A stretch of 64,000 nt of DNA from Vicugna vicugna (Eukaryota): the NCBI GenBank assembly GCA_013265495.1, contig MU061092.1, positions 372,001 to 436,000 of the forward strand. Reading direction: 5' to 3'. The notes beneath the pieces are model-generated. The model did no database searches. It was not told the origin of the DNA and saw only the letters and a program-made list of their open reading frames with translations. Shown in pieces: positions 11,075-22,985 of this stretch (positions are counted from its first letter, which is position 1; each line of letters starts with the position of its first letter). Made by a program: the position numbers and the translations under genes.

Positions 11075-11692
11075 TTTTTTTAAATATAATTCACATATCA
11101 TAATATTAACCGTTTTAAAGTATACAAGTCAGTGTTTTGTTTTAGTATTTTCACAAGGTTCTGCCACCATTCCTGTGACCTAATTCCACAGCATTTTCAT
11201 CACCGACAGAAGAGACCACCACTCGCGTTCCGCCCCCCCAGCTCTCGGCGACCACCAGGCCACCTCTGTCTCTGGGTCCGCCTGTTCTGGACTCTCACTC
11301 GGGCACCGTACAGCATCTGTTCTCTCGCATCTGTCTTACGTCACTCGGCACGTCTTTGAGGGGCGCCACCCCGTAGCGTGCGTCAGCTGGCGCTCCTGTG
11401 GACGGCTGAATAACCCCCCGTGGGCAGGCAGCCCACGTTTGCTCTGCCCGTTCAGCAGCTGATGGGCATTTGGGTTGTTCTCGCTTTCCAGCTCGGACCG
11501 CCAGTGCTGCCGTGCGTGCGCTGCACGTGCGCACGTCGATGCACAGGTTTTGACGTGGACGCGCGTCTGCAGTTCTCCTGGGTCTGCACTAGGAGGGGGC
11601 TTTCTGGGTCACATGGCACATCTACTTAGGACTTTCTGAGGAAGCATCACACTGTTTCCCGTAGCGGCTGCCCCATTTCACATCCTTACCAG
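11075..11692 (-). mobile_element. L1MB-like 3' end, GC-shifted
   Basis: AAATATAATTCACATATCATAA, CCTAATTCCACAGCATTTTCATCACC, CTGATGGGCATTTGGGTTGTT, TTTCACATCCTTACCAG. Confidence 0.82.
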
Positions 11693-11855
11693 TAAAAGCT
11701 TTAAAATCCCTCCTGGTGTTTCTGAATGGAGCCCCGGGTGCACAAGGGCTGTTGCTCTGAAGTGGGGTTAACTTGACAAATAAAAGCCGGAAACGGGGGA
11801 GCAGGCACAGGTGTCAAGGATATCCTTCTGGCCTCGTGGTGAGCGGCTCTCTTAC

Positions 11856-12019
11856 CTTGAAGCCCGGGAACCCGGGGATGCCATGCTGGCCCGGGTCTCC
11901 TTGGCCGCCTTTCCTCCCCGGCTCCCCATTGATGCCCGGGAAGCCCTTGGGTCCTGGCAGCCCCGGAAGGCCCCCGACAAACTGGTCGCCCTCTGCACAC
12001 CTACAGTCCCCGGCATCAC
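11856..12019 (-). CDS. COL4A2: COL4A2 exon 22 (164 nt): (G)[54 protein letters not shown]
   Basis: Acceptor CCCACAG, donor AAG|GTAAGA; CxC-containing interruption. Confidence 0.97.
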
Positions 12020-13196
12020 CTGTGGGGGGGGTGCCTGTTAGTCATTCAAGAAGCAGGTTTTAAACACTCCTGCTGGCTCTGCGGGGACAGGAGGTCCAGG
12101 TGGGCAGGGGCTAAGGGCACACCACACTCTGCACACCACCTACTCTGGTCCTCACACTCTCTTTCTTAGACGAGAGGTATGAGTTACTGGTCTCCTTGGG
12201 GTGCAGAATTCTCTGATTCAATGTTTAAACATTTGCCAGATTTAGTGAAGACACTTAAAGAGGTGTGGATGGAGTTGGGGAGTCGGCTGTGGGAAGGCTC
12301 TGCTGGGCCTCAGGGGTCAGGGGAGGAAGGACCAGGGTGAAGGGGAACTGGAGGGAGGGCAGCCTGGCAGCGGCCATGGGCTTGGAGACCAAGGTCATGG
12401 TGGGTGAGGAAGAGATACGTGCCCTCCGTTCTATCTGGCCGCGGCTGGACCCACCCGAGCTTGTGGCTGGCGGTAGGGTGGGCTCCCGGGGCACGGAGGG
12501 CGACAGGTGATGGCTCAGGGGGCCGAGCTGCACCGCTGACCCTTGATGCCTGATTCCTGCAGGCGGCCCCATCCCCGATGGGCCTGATGCAGCCCACGCC
12601 CCACACTCACCCCAAAGGTCTGGGGGGGTCACACGCCAGGACACCCGGGGCTGGGAGAGCTAACAGGGCCCACCGAGGTCCCCCCGGCCGGCCATTCCCC
12701 ACAATGATGGTGACATCCGAGTGCAGCGGGAGAGGAGCGCTCATTCCCACTGCCCCTCCGCCCCGCCGGGGAGCGAGGGCCGGGCAGGCACGTTGCTCCG
12801 AGTCTCGGCACCTCGCTCAGGGTGTCGGGTCAGGGCCAAACCAGACGATGACCCTACAGCCCTTTGCAGACTCTCGTTACAATTTCTAGGAGCCGAGCAC
12901 TCGGATGAATCATCTGAATCCAGCCTGTGACGTCACTGCACATCTTTTTTCTCCCATGTTGGGCCCTGTGCTCCCTAAAAATTCAGTGATGAGGGTGGCG
13001 TACAGAACAGAGACAGGGGAGCCAACTGAGAGCAGGTGCACAGAAAATGCAGAGACTACGTCCCCGTGTGGTGTCCTCGGGGGTGGGGTGTGGGGTGTGG
13101 GGAAGGGGCTCCTGCTCATCTCAGAGCCAGGGAAGGGGTGACGTGGCTCCAAAGGGCCAAGGAGCTCCCGCCCCCTTCACTCCCAGCCATCCTCAC

Positions 13197-13289
13197 CTTT
13201 CCATCCTTTCTGTCCGCGAGCCCCAGGGAAACCCGACGGCCCCGGGTAGCCTATCCTTCCTTTTGATCCTTTAAGGCCGAAAAGGAAAC
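13197..13289 (-). CDS. COL4A2: COL4A2 exon 21 (93 nt): (G)[30 protein letters not shown](G)
   Basis: Acceptor TCCTCAG, donor AAG|GTGAGG. Confidence 0.97.
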
Positions 13290-16200
13290 CTGAGGAGAAA
13301 ACCCACAAGGACGGCAGGTTAGCACAGCCTGGGACCTGCACCGCCGAGCCCCGTGTCGGACTTTTACAGCTGAGTCTCCTGCAGGGGGTGACCCCCACAC
13401 TCCAGCGCCATCTTGACTCCTCTTCAGAAAGCCATCGCTCCCAGGGTTGCAAAGACATGTGAGCATCTCTGATTTTAGTTTTTCCATTAAAATCTAGAAA
13501 TAGAAATCTTTACTTTTCAGAAAGACTGAGTCCAAAACAGAGTTGATGTTTTTTTAACCACATATTTTCCTCATGTGCTAAAGACTTGGGTTCTAAGACC
13601 ACCACAACTTCTGGTTCCCAGAAGGACAAAAACCAGACCAAAACAGAACCATAAAGGATGTTAAATGACTCGCTTCCCCATTCTGTCCTCTCCCCTGGAA
13701 AAGGCGCACCCCTGTGCACCTCCCCCCAGCAGCACTGTCTTTCCTGTTGTACTCCGTCAGGTGCACACGAACACACGTGCACACATGAGTTTGTGCAACT
13801 GGATAACTTGTGAAACATCCCTCCCACCCCACCCTCACCCCCTCACTAGGATCAGGGCACGTCAGAAGTCCTGCCCCGTCTGCAGGGCTCTGACAGTTCG
13901 TCCGGCGAGGAAAGCCCACAAGACTCTCCACGTCCCACCCGAGCGCGGCGCCACCTTGTGGTGAAAGCGGGGCTGCGCATTCGCGGGAAGCACCGCTGCG
14001 CCTGTGGACTCCAGGGGTCCAGCTCCGCGGTTTGCAGAGACGGGCGCGCCCTAGAGAGGGCTGTGCTGGCTGGGGGGCTGGGGGAGACCCAGAGCTGAGT
14101 CTGGGGCACGCACAGTTGGAGACGCCCGCGAGACACAGAGGGTGACAGCGTGTCAAGTTAACAGCCGGGCTGGGTCTGCAGCTGAGAGTCCAGAGCAGGG
14201 CTAGAGACACGGACAGGGAGAGCTGGCTCCTAACCAGCATTTAAATTCCTGGGAACGCAGGAACTGGCTCGGTGGAGAGTGCAGAGACAGGAACGCTGTC
14301 GTCTGCTGGATGGTGGAGGAGGAAGGAGGAGGAACTAACAACGGAGTCTCAGGAAGAAAGACCAGAGAGACAAGTGGGAGAAGAGGGCGTCATGGAGCCG
14401 TGGACGAAAGCGTGCAAAGCGGGGCAGGTACCAGCTGCGTCCTGTGCAGCTGGGAGGATGGAATGGAGCAAACGGCACCCAGGATGTGGCTCCCCGGGTC
14501 ACAGGTGACCAGGTCAAGGGCATGTCAGTCCAGTGGTGGCCTGATGGCTGTATGTTACGTCTGCAGGCGCTCCTGATACAGGAGGAGAAGCTGGTGTCAC
14601 AGGCAGTTACTGATCATGGACACTACAGGGACGCCAGCTTTTTAAATCTGAGACAAAGATGTGGTGGGTGCTCCTCGCAGTTAGAAAAGGTGCTTCATGG
14701 CCATCTTCAGGTGCCGTCCTGCCTCCTTCCTACACTGTTTTTTCCTTATCTGATCAATTAGTGATTTCAAACAAGTCCCACAGAAGAGCATTGTGCCTCT
14801 GAGGTGTTTCCAACACGACTTTCCTGGAGAGGCCAGAGGCCACGACAAACCTGGGGGTTGCTGACTTCCGGAGCACAGTGGACCCGCCCCGCAGCCGACT
14901 CGGTGAACTGAGCTGCAACTGGGAGCGAGCAAAGTGTTTGGTCAGAAGACAGACCGACTTCACGGTTTGATTTTGCTGGAATGGCAAAAGGCATTCTGGT
15001 TTCCATTAGTAAAACTGGGTGAAATGCAGTTAACAAGAGAAGAATCCAACAATTTCATTCCCAGGGAAAAGCTGAACTCTCTGGGGCTCAGGGTCATTGA
15101 TACTAAATTGTGACTCTACACAGAGCCATTTTAAAAGGCCATTACTGTTGGCTACTTTTTGTAGAAGTGATTGCTTTAAAAAAAGCGATTTGGGAACATT
15201 GTGTCTCATAAAGTAAAATAACTATTTCAAGAAGAACGAAGGTATATACTTTAAAAGCTTTAAGTTGATAAAATGTATCAGACACTGTTTCATCTACTTT
15301 ATAAATTCTCCCTTCTCTAACAATATGGACCACAAATTAGTTAATCTGTTTTCAGATGGCTTACGTTAAACCTGTGATTTACTAAGCAAGATTTTTAAAG
15401 CCAGTTGGTGGGTGTTTGTATCTGTATCAAAACGGAGTTTAGTTACAGGAATGATGGCAAGGGGTGGCCTTCGACCACAGCCTTTAAAGATGTATATGCT
15501 CAGGCTTTTATCTTTGACACGTCACGTTTTGTTGCCAAAAGGGGAAAACTCAACAGATACCATTCACTCCGGAAATGCACTCCTCGTAGAAACTTAGCCA
15601 TTATCACAAATGACACAGTAGTAAGTATTACTGCCAGGATAATAAAAAGTATCAGAGATAATGCCTCTCAAATTATTCGGCAAATTCCAGGGCAACGTCT
15701 GCATCCAAAATCTTTCAAGAGTGTGAGAAGCTGGTTTCTGCAGCTGGAGGAAAACTGGGAACATAGAACCACAGTGACTTAAGTATCGACTGCAGAACAC
15801 CAACTAGAACCAGAGAGGCAGGAGTGTGTACAGACGTGCTTCCGATGCCTCTGACAGTCCTCCTTCTAAAGAGACAGCAAAGAGAAGTCGTCTTCCGTCA
15901 GCAACGAAAGCCCGGTCTCCGAATTTGCCTCTAACCCAGACCACACGCCATCCGCCAGCACGTGTGATGACAGGAAGCTGCTGGGGTGATCGGGGTGATG
16001 TGAGGAACTGCAAGTCATATATTTTCAAAACAAGATGCTGAGTTGTGTCCAGGTCATCTGGAAACAGCAACTTCATCTCTTCTTCGATTTTACGATGTCC
16101 AAAGTGTAACTCTAATCTTGGAAGCTGAGAAAATAACGGTTTTTGACAGACAGCACGTCTCCCCACCCCCTGGAGCATTCTCAACAGAAGCATGAGCCCC

Positions 16201-16802
16201 AGTTGTGCTGGAGCCTGGAAAGGTCCAGACGTCCTGCTGGTCCGGCTTGTAGGCTCTCGGCGTCTTCCGTCTGGGCCGCCCCACCCCGTTACAGGTGGTG
16301 CGGCCCCTCCTCCTGGCACCAGGCTTTGTCACCTGCTCAGCGGTAGCTCTGGCTCCACGGGGCCGAGAAGGCAGATTGTCAAGTCGGCTTAACATGTCGG
16401 TTCACCGAGGGCAGGGGCTTCACGTCTGGGAGGGAGGCCCCGGCCTGGGGGACTGTGTCTGGAAGTTACTGCGAAGACACCTGCCGGCCTTCAGCTCACA
16501 GCTGCTTCCAGACTACACCTCCTGGATGCGTTGCCGAAGGACCGATCTCCCCGGAGCCGCCGGCAGCCAGACGTGCCGTGCAATGCCCGCGGACTGCTGA
16601 TTCTCAGCGCGGTCACAAGGCTTTGCCCTCTTCCCTCACCAGCTTCTCCTGTCTGCACCCAGGGCGCCTGCTACGCCCTCGTCCATGCCCACCGCCTAGT
16701 TCACAGAACTGTTTAGCAGAAAAACCCAAGTGAAGTTTCAGTGGGGCCAGGCATCTTTGTCTGGACACTGGGATGTACCTCCCTGTGTTTCCATGCACTT
16801 AC

Positions 16803-16952
16803 CGTCTGGTCCAGGTGGTCCAGGAGGGCCAGGGGGCCCTCGGAGCCCTGGCTGTCCATCAGTTCCTGGTGGGCCGGGGTACAGTGCGGGGACACCCGGC
16901 TCTCCTGGGAAGCCTTTCGGTCCCATTTCCCCAGGCAAGCCTCTCTTCTCAT
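16803..16952 (-). CDS. COL4A2: COL4A2 exon 20 (150 nt): (D)[49 protein letters not shown](G)
   Basis: Acceptor TTTTCAG, donor ACG|GTAAGT; embedded in ORF 16738-17205. Confidence 0.97.
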
Positions 16953-17390
16953 CTGAAAACCCAACAATCACAGCACTGTGAGACTTGCGGTCTTCCCCCG
17001 CTGCACTGGCCCTCCTGCCCACGGGAGACCCCAGCTGGGCTAGCGGTTTACGGCCCAGGCAGTCATTTGAGGGCAGATGCTGCTGGTATATTTCAACACC
17101 ATCTTTCTGCTCTAAAAAGCCCCCTCCTTGCCCCTGGAGGATGGCCAGAGACTTGCTGGAACGCCTGGCAATGACACTGGATGATTCCTGTGGTCTTCTG
17201 GCCACCTGACGGAGTCACACTAGCTGTCATCAGCAGCATGTCTAACCTAGTTAGGGAGCCACCGTCCCAGGTGCAGTGGTCCTGTGACGACATCCAAACA
17301 CGTGTTTGAGATGCATTAGAGCTGCTGGGCCCAGGGTACAAGACAGAGCACCGGCCGAAGGCTGTGCAGCCAGCGAGGGGCCGTGGTCTA

Positions 17391-17651
<261 letters not shown>

Positions 17652-18420
17652 TCACAGGCGGCCTGGGGTTCGAATGTTTGACCCACAGTGGCTCCTGCTT
17701 TCAAGGAGCTCGTTCCCAGCCAAACAGGGCCGGTACAAACATCCTATAGACACTACAGGAAAAGAGAGGCACGGAAGGCCCGGAAGATAGGGATGTTTCA
17801 AAGTGGGGGAGGATTATTTGGGGGAAACCTGGTGTCGAGGGACTGTAGGCAATGAAAACAACAGAAGCAGACGATGTTCTGGAGCTCCTGACCGTGCACC
17901 AGGCTCAACGTTACAAATGTCACCTGCATTTGGTTCCCATGAAGATGTGTGTCCGGCCAGTGTCACAGCCCTGGCGTCACAGAGGGGCAGGCCAGTGGGG
18001 TTCATGGAGAAGGCTGATGGGGACAGATGACACGGCCAAGGGAAGGACACCCAGGGGACCTCAGCCCAGCTGAAGGCACAGAGGAGGGGAGCCCTGAGCG
18101 GGACACCGGAGGGTCGGGGTCCAGGGAACGTCGTGGAAAATCAGGCCGGTCAGAGCTGAGGCAGCGGGAAGGAGTGAGACGACCAGGCTCTCGGGCAGCA
18201 GGCGCCAAGCGGGGGCTGGGGGCTGACTCTCTGAACCCCCTTCCCCGAGCCCCAGCTCTTGCCCCGACTGACTGTTCATAGCTGTTTGCTGGATAAATAA
18301 CAGAGGTGACTGCTCTCACAAAGCCTCCCCCTAAACAAACAAACGCCAGGGGCTGCGCTCCCCCCCGTGGCCGTGGGAGCAGCCGCGCTTCGCCGCGGAG
18401 CGCCTTGTTCTGCGGGACAA

Positions 18421-18448
18421 CCGGGAACCGGGAACCGGGAACCGGGAA
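18421..18448. repeat. (CCGGGAA)4 short tandem repeat
   Basis: Read directly. Confidence 0.9.
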
Positions 18449-18694
18449 GGGGGCTCACGAGCCTTCATCTGTGTGGCGGTGCCTGATGGTTAGGGAAGAT
18501 CTCAGTGATCTTTAATTTTTTAATCTCAAAAGGAAGTCCTTAAGAGAAGGGGAGATTTGCTGGGCCTCCTGCTTGACATGTCCCCAGAAGGGGTGGGAGA
18601 TGTGACCCTGCATCCTGTGCTGGGCTCGGCCGCTGGGGAAGGGCTGGAGGGCTGGGCTCCGGCAGGGGTCCGGGTCTGAGCCCTGCTCCTCCAC

Positions 18695-18870
18695 TGTTCC
18701 CCATGGGGCCTTGGGCAAGTCGCTCAACTTCCCTGCCTCAATTTCCCCATCCGTAAAACGGGGCCAAGGCCCGTCCCCATCTCAAAGGGGCTTTACAAGA
18801 AGTAAGTCAATTGACCAGTCCAGCGGGGACATCTTGCTTCACTACCTGGCGTGTGCATAGTCAGCACCAC
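18695..18870. mobile_element. MIR core relic
   Basis: CCTTGGGCAAGTCGCTCAACTTCCCTGCCTCAATTTCCCCATCCGTAAAACGGG. Confidence 0.75.
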
Positions 18871-19358
18871 ACAAGCGTCAGCCATGGTCGTGACTGAATA
18901 AAAAGAGACCACGCAGAACTGAGAACTGCAGATCTCGTGTGTTTGGAAGAAGAGCAAGATCGGTTTTAATTATCTTGCAATCCTTTTTTGAAATGCCAAG
19001 TTCCCCTTCCCCCTGAGCTCTGACAAGCTCCCCCAGTGCTGCCTGCTGAGGGGGACCTCTATTTCCCTCTTTTTTGTGTTAGGATCTGGGGCCCCGGAGC
19101 TCCGCCCGCCTCCCAGCCCACCCAGGACACAGGAACGCTGCTGCTGCGCTGCTGCCGCCAGAGGTGAGGAGGGCGGCTGCAGACTTTCTAACCCCACGCT
19201 TGGGAAGAAGGGACTTAAACCCCCTGCCAGCCCAGGGTGGTTTCCAGAAACGCAGGGCGGTGAAAGGGAGCTGAATGCATTGTGGGCTCTCAGTCGGTGA
19301 TGCTTTTGATGAGTGCAAAAGAGACATTGCCCCCATTAATTTTTAGAACTATGTTCCC

Positions 19359-20085
19359 AATATCACCTCGCACCTGTCAGAAGAACACAAAAAACAAGTG
19401 TTGGAGAGGGTGTGGAGAAACGGGAACCCTCCTACACTGTTGGGAATGTAAACTGGTGCAGCCACTGTGGAAGGCAGTTTGGGAGCTTCTCAGAAAACTA
19501 AAAATAGAATCACCATACGATCCAGCAATCCCTCTCCTGGGCATATATTCAAAAAACCAAAAATACTAATTCAAAAAGATACATGCACCCGAAAGTTCAT
19601 AGCAGCACTATTTACAAGACACGGAAGCAAGCTAAATGTCCATCGGCATGCCTGGATAAAGAAGCTGTGTGCAAACACAAAGGAATATTACTCAGCCACA
19701 AAAAGAATGAGATTTTGCCATTTGCAGCAACATGGACAGCCTTGGAGGGCATTCTGCTAAGTGAAATAAGTCAGAGAAACACAAATACTGCATGATCTCA
19801 CTTCTACATGGAATCTAAAAAGTACACTAAGCTAGTGAATACACACTAGTGAACGAGCGAGTAAAACAAAAAAGAAGCAGACTTCCAGACTGAGAACAAA
19901 CTAGTGGTTCCCAGTGGGGACAGGGAAGCGGGGAGGAGTAAGATAGAGGTGGGGCAAAGGGTTATCGTGGGACTGTGCGAAGTCATGGGTGTGAAACCTC
20001 TGAACTTCGTAAAGCACTATAGAATTTAAAGAACCTTTCACTTAATAAAAACAAAATTATAAAGTGGGTTGCAAAATAAAAAAAA
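19359..20085 (+). mobile_element. 5'-truncated L1 (ORF2 C-terminus, 3' UTR, poly-A), antisense to COL4A2
   Basis: CACCTCGCACCTGTCAGAA, GGGAACCCTCCTACACTGTT, GATCCAGCAATCCC, CATGATCTCACTT; A-rich end; degenerate ORF2-like peptides in ORFs 19282-19795. Confidence 0.9.
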
Positions 20086-20544
20086 TTCAGTTCCCAAAGC
20101 CTCAAAAACATGACTTTCATTTTAGCAAAATTGCCAACAGTCAGTCAACCTCATGTTCAGCCCCTGGGGTTTCAGCTTGTCAGACGCATTGGGCCCCCCA
20201 GAGGAGGAGGGGAAGCTGGCCCCACAGAGGGTGGACTCCGGGTGTAGAGTTTATTCAAAATACACTCGTCGATGGTTTGATGTCGCCCTGGAGAGAAATC
20301 TCGAGGGGACCCTGCAGGCCCTGTCTTCGGCCCTGCTCTGTCTATGGTCTCATCAACATTGGATTAAGACACACAAAAGTAGCTACTAAACCAGCAGATG
20401 GTTCATACCTGAGCAGGACGGTGAGCCCTTGAGCCCAGACGCATGTAAGGGGGGGGTGTGCTAGGAGGAAACAGCAGAGCGTCTTTATTCTAAAAAATAT
20501 CACCCTTTAAAATCCCTATGTGATGTGTGTATTTTAGCAGGTAC

Positions 20545-20680
20545 AGAATTCAGTCCTTCAGGTGGTACTTACTGAGCACGGACCATGTGCCTCGTACTGT
20601 TCTAGGAACTGGGGATGCAGCAGTGACTGCATGGCTAAAACCCTTGCCCTCATGGAATGTCCTGTAACATGGAATCAACA
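20545..20680. mobile_element. L2 3' end relic
   Basis: TACTTACTGAGCACGGACCATGTGCC...GTTCTAGGAACTGGGGATGCAGCAGTG...CCTTGCCCTCATGGAA. Confidence 0.7.
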
Positions 20681-21347
20681 CCCACAAACAAATATCCATA
20701 AGACTATTTGGAGGAGTGCCGAAAACAAGTTTTTTTTTTTTTTAACCTGGAAGGATGCACATTCGAAAAGTTCAGAGACCACTGCTGTAAGTGCAGAATT
20801 AGAATCCTATGCCAACAGATGGTCCAGATCGGAAGGCTGAGCGACACTAATGGGAAGCGCACAAGCCACAACACCTGCAGAACCCTTCCTTCACTGACAC
20901 ACAGGGGTCCACTGTGACCATGGGAGCGTCTTCCAGTATGAGCTCAGCTGCAAAGCTGGGGCTTTAGTTCTTTGAATTTTAAAAGGATGTGACAATTCCC
21001 AGGTTATGGACTGTGGTCAGTTCTGGGCTTCACACCTGAAAGCAGGAGCACCCTGCTCCCCAGGACCAGAACCTGCACAGGGTGTTTTGAAATGAAAGCC
21101 TCTCCCGGGGTGGAAGGTCGAGGGTGTGCTCTCAGGCAGAGACAGAGCGAATGCTTCCCTGTGATGTCCCACTGAACCCCCGGGAAGTGGTACCCAAGAC
21201 TGAGACCCTCTGACGCTTAAGTGCTAAGCCCCTTGGCTTTTTTGTTGTTGTTGTTTGTGTTGTTTCATTTAGCTCAGAACATCTTTCTCGCAAGTCCCTG
21301 ACTCTGTCTGCAACAGACATGAACACACAGGACAAACGCACACCGAC

Positions 21348-21414
21348 CTTTGGCCAGGGACGGGTGAGGGGAGTAGGCCGGCGGGCCGGGGGGCCCTGGG
21401 TCTCCCGTTTCTCC
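21348..21414 (-). CDS. COL4A2: COL4A2 exon 18 (67 nt): [22 protein letters not shown](G)
   Basis: Acceptor TCTCCAG, donor AAG|GTCGGT, phase 0/1. Confidence 0.96.
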
Positions 21415-22348
21415 CTGGAGAAAGAAAAGAGGGGAACAGCAGGCTGTCTGGAGTTCTGGTCACTGCGTGTTTCCAAAGAGTAAAACCAAACGCGGAGCGT
21501 GAGCCTGGCAGGGGCTGCTCTGAGTCCCAGCTCCACGGACCGGGCCCAGGCCCCAGGCCCACTGTGCCGCGCTGACGAGCCAGGCACCCCAGCCGCCAGG
21601 CAGGCACACCAGCAGAGAGCAAAGCGGGCAGGTGACCCTCACTCTGAGACCCTCGTCAAACCCTGGAAGTGGCCGGGCGGTCTCCTCCTCAGGGCAGACT
21701 CGTCGGTGTTGATGACCCCACCTGAGCCGCCCGTCGGGGCGAGCTGGGGGCTGGGCTGCACCTGACTTAACACCGTCCAGATTGTGACACCTAAAACTCC
21801 ACAGGCTGCCCTGACGTCTCCGAGCCTCATGGGGTCCTGAGGGCCCAACCGCGAGTCCCCCATCCTCAATGGCTGTGCCCCAACCTGGTGGGATGCGCAC
21901 CCCCCAGCCTGGCTAGTTCCCCACCAGCTGGAGCCACTGCGCCCCGCCCCCTCCCCCGTCCTCAACCTCCCTGCCAGCCCCTGGGATTATTCAAACAAGC
22001 CATCACGTCTCTCCGGGGAAACAGGGGGCACCCCACCCTCTTGTTACTACAGCATCTGCCTCTCTCAGCCCCCGGGTTTGCTCTGCTCAGGGTGGGGTGC
22101 AGTCCCAAGCGCCACCTCCACGCGGCACGCGGCATCCTGAGGCTGGAACACGGGTGACTAACGAGCGAACGTCCGCCTCATCCCAGTGCCGGGTGCTGTG
22201 TGTTACATACATCACATGACAGCACACAGGATGGAGGACGCCTGCTTTCCCAGCAGGCGAGGTGGGTGGACAGCAGGTGGCCGGGAGGTGGTCAGAGCGC
22301 CACCCAGAAGAAGGAAGTGGAAGCCATCTGGAAGGAAGCCGAGCCCAC

Positions 22349-22402
22349 CTTGGGTCCTGGGTATCCGTCAGGTCCTTGGTAACCGTCTAGTCCTCGGCTT
22401 CC
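22349..22402 (-). CDS. COL4A2: COL4A2 exon 17 (54 nt): GSRGLDGYQGPDGYPGPK
   Basis: Acceptor CCTGCAG, donor AAG|GTGGGC. Confidence 0.96.
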
Positions 22403-22464
22403 CTGCAGGAAAGATGTTTGGTGCTCAGTTTTATCTCTAAAATGTAATTTAAAGATGTGACCGC

Positions 22465-22985
22465 AGTACCTTATACCTGACAGAATTAACAATAATTCCT
22501 TAAAATCACCTACTATCCATCTTTTCAATTTTCTCTGATTTAAGTCTCAAAGATGTCTCTTTAAAGTTACTTTGTTTGAATCAGGATTCAAAAAAAGTTG
22601 GAATATGACATTTGGCTGCTATGTCTCTTAATACGCTTGTAATTTCTAACAGTTTTCCTTTCTTCTGTCTTAGTACCTTTTTGTTGTTGCTCTTGAAGAA
22701 ACTGGGCCACTGGAACGGCAAGCACCCTCCGTGGGGATTTGTCCACTCCGTCCTCACGGGGCTGTGCAGTGTGAGCCCCCCACCCAAGCCCCCTGCCCAG
22801 GTTTCCTCTAAACTGCTGGTCAGTCGTCTTTTGAGCGAGACCCGTTGCCGGCAGGTCCCCAGTGCTCCCTGCCACGTCACCCTGGGCACACACGCCGGCT
22901 GCCCCCCCCCCGTGGGGATTTTAACGATTGTCCAGTGGGGGCTGGTGGTGACAACCTGATCCATCTATTAGAACCTTCTTCCAAG
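22465..22985 (-). mobile_element. L1MC-like 3' end
   Basis: TTAACAATAATTCCTTAAAATCA, GTTTGAATCAGGATTCAA, TTGAAGAAACTGGGCCA. Confidence 0.7.

Noticed and set aside
14240-14720. Possible L2 or LTR relic (similar purine-rich stretches at 17620-18300 and 52430-52900)
   Set aside because: Similarity too weak to assign by eye; needs RepeatMasker
19282-19795. L1 ORF2-like peptides
   Set aside because: Fragmented across frames in a 5'-truncated copy; not a functional gene
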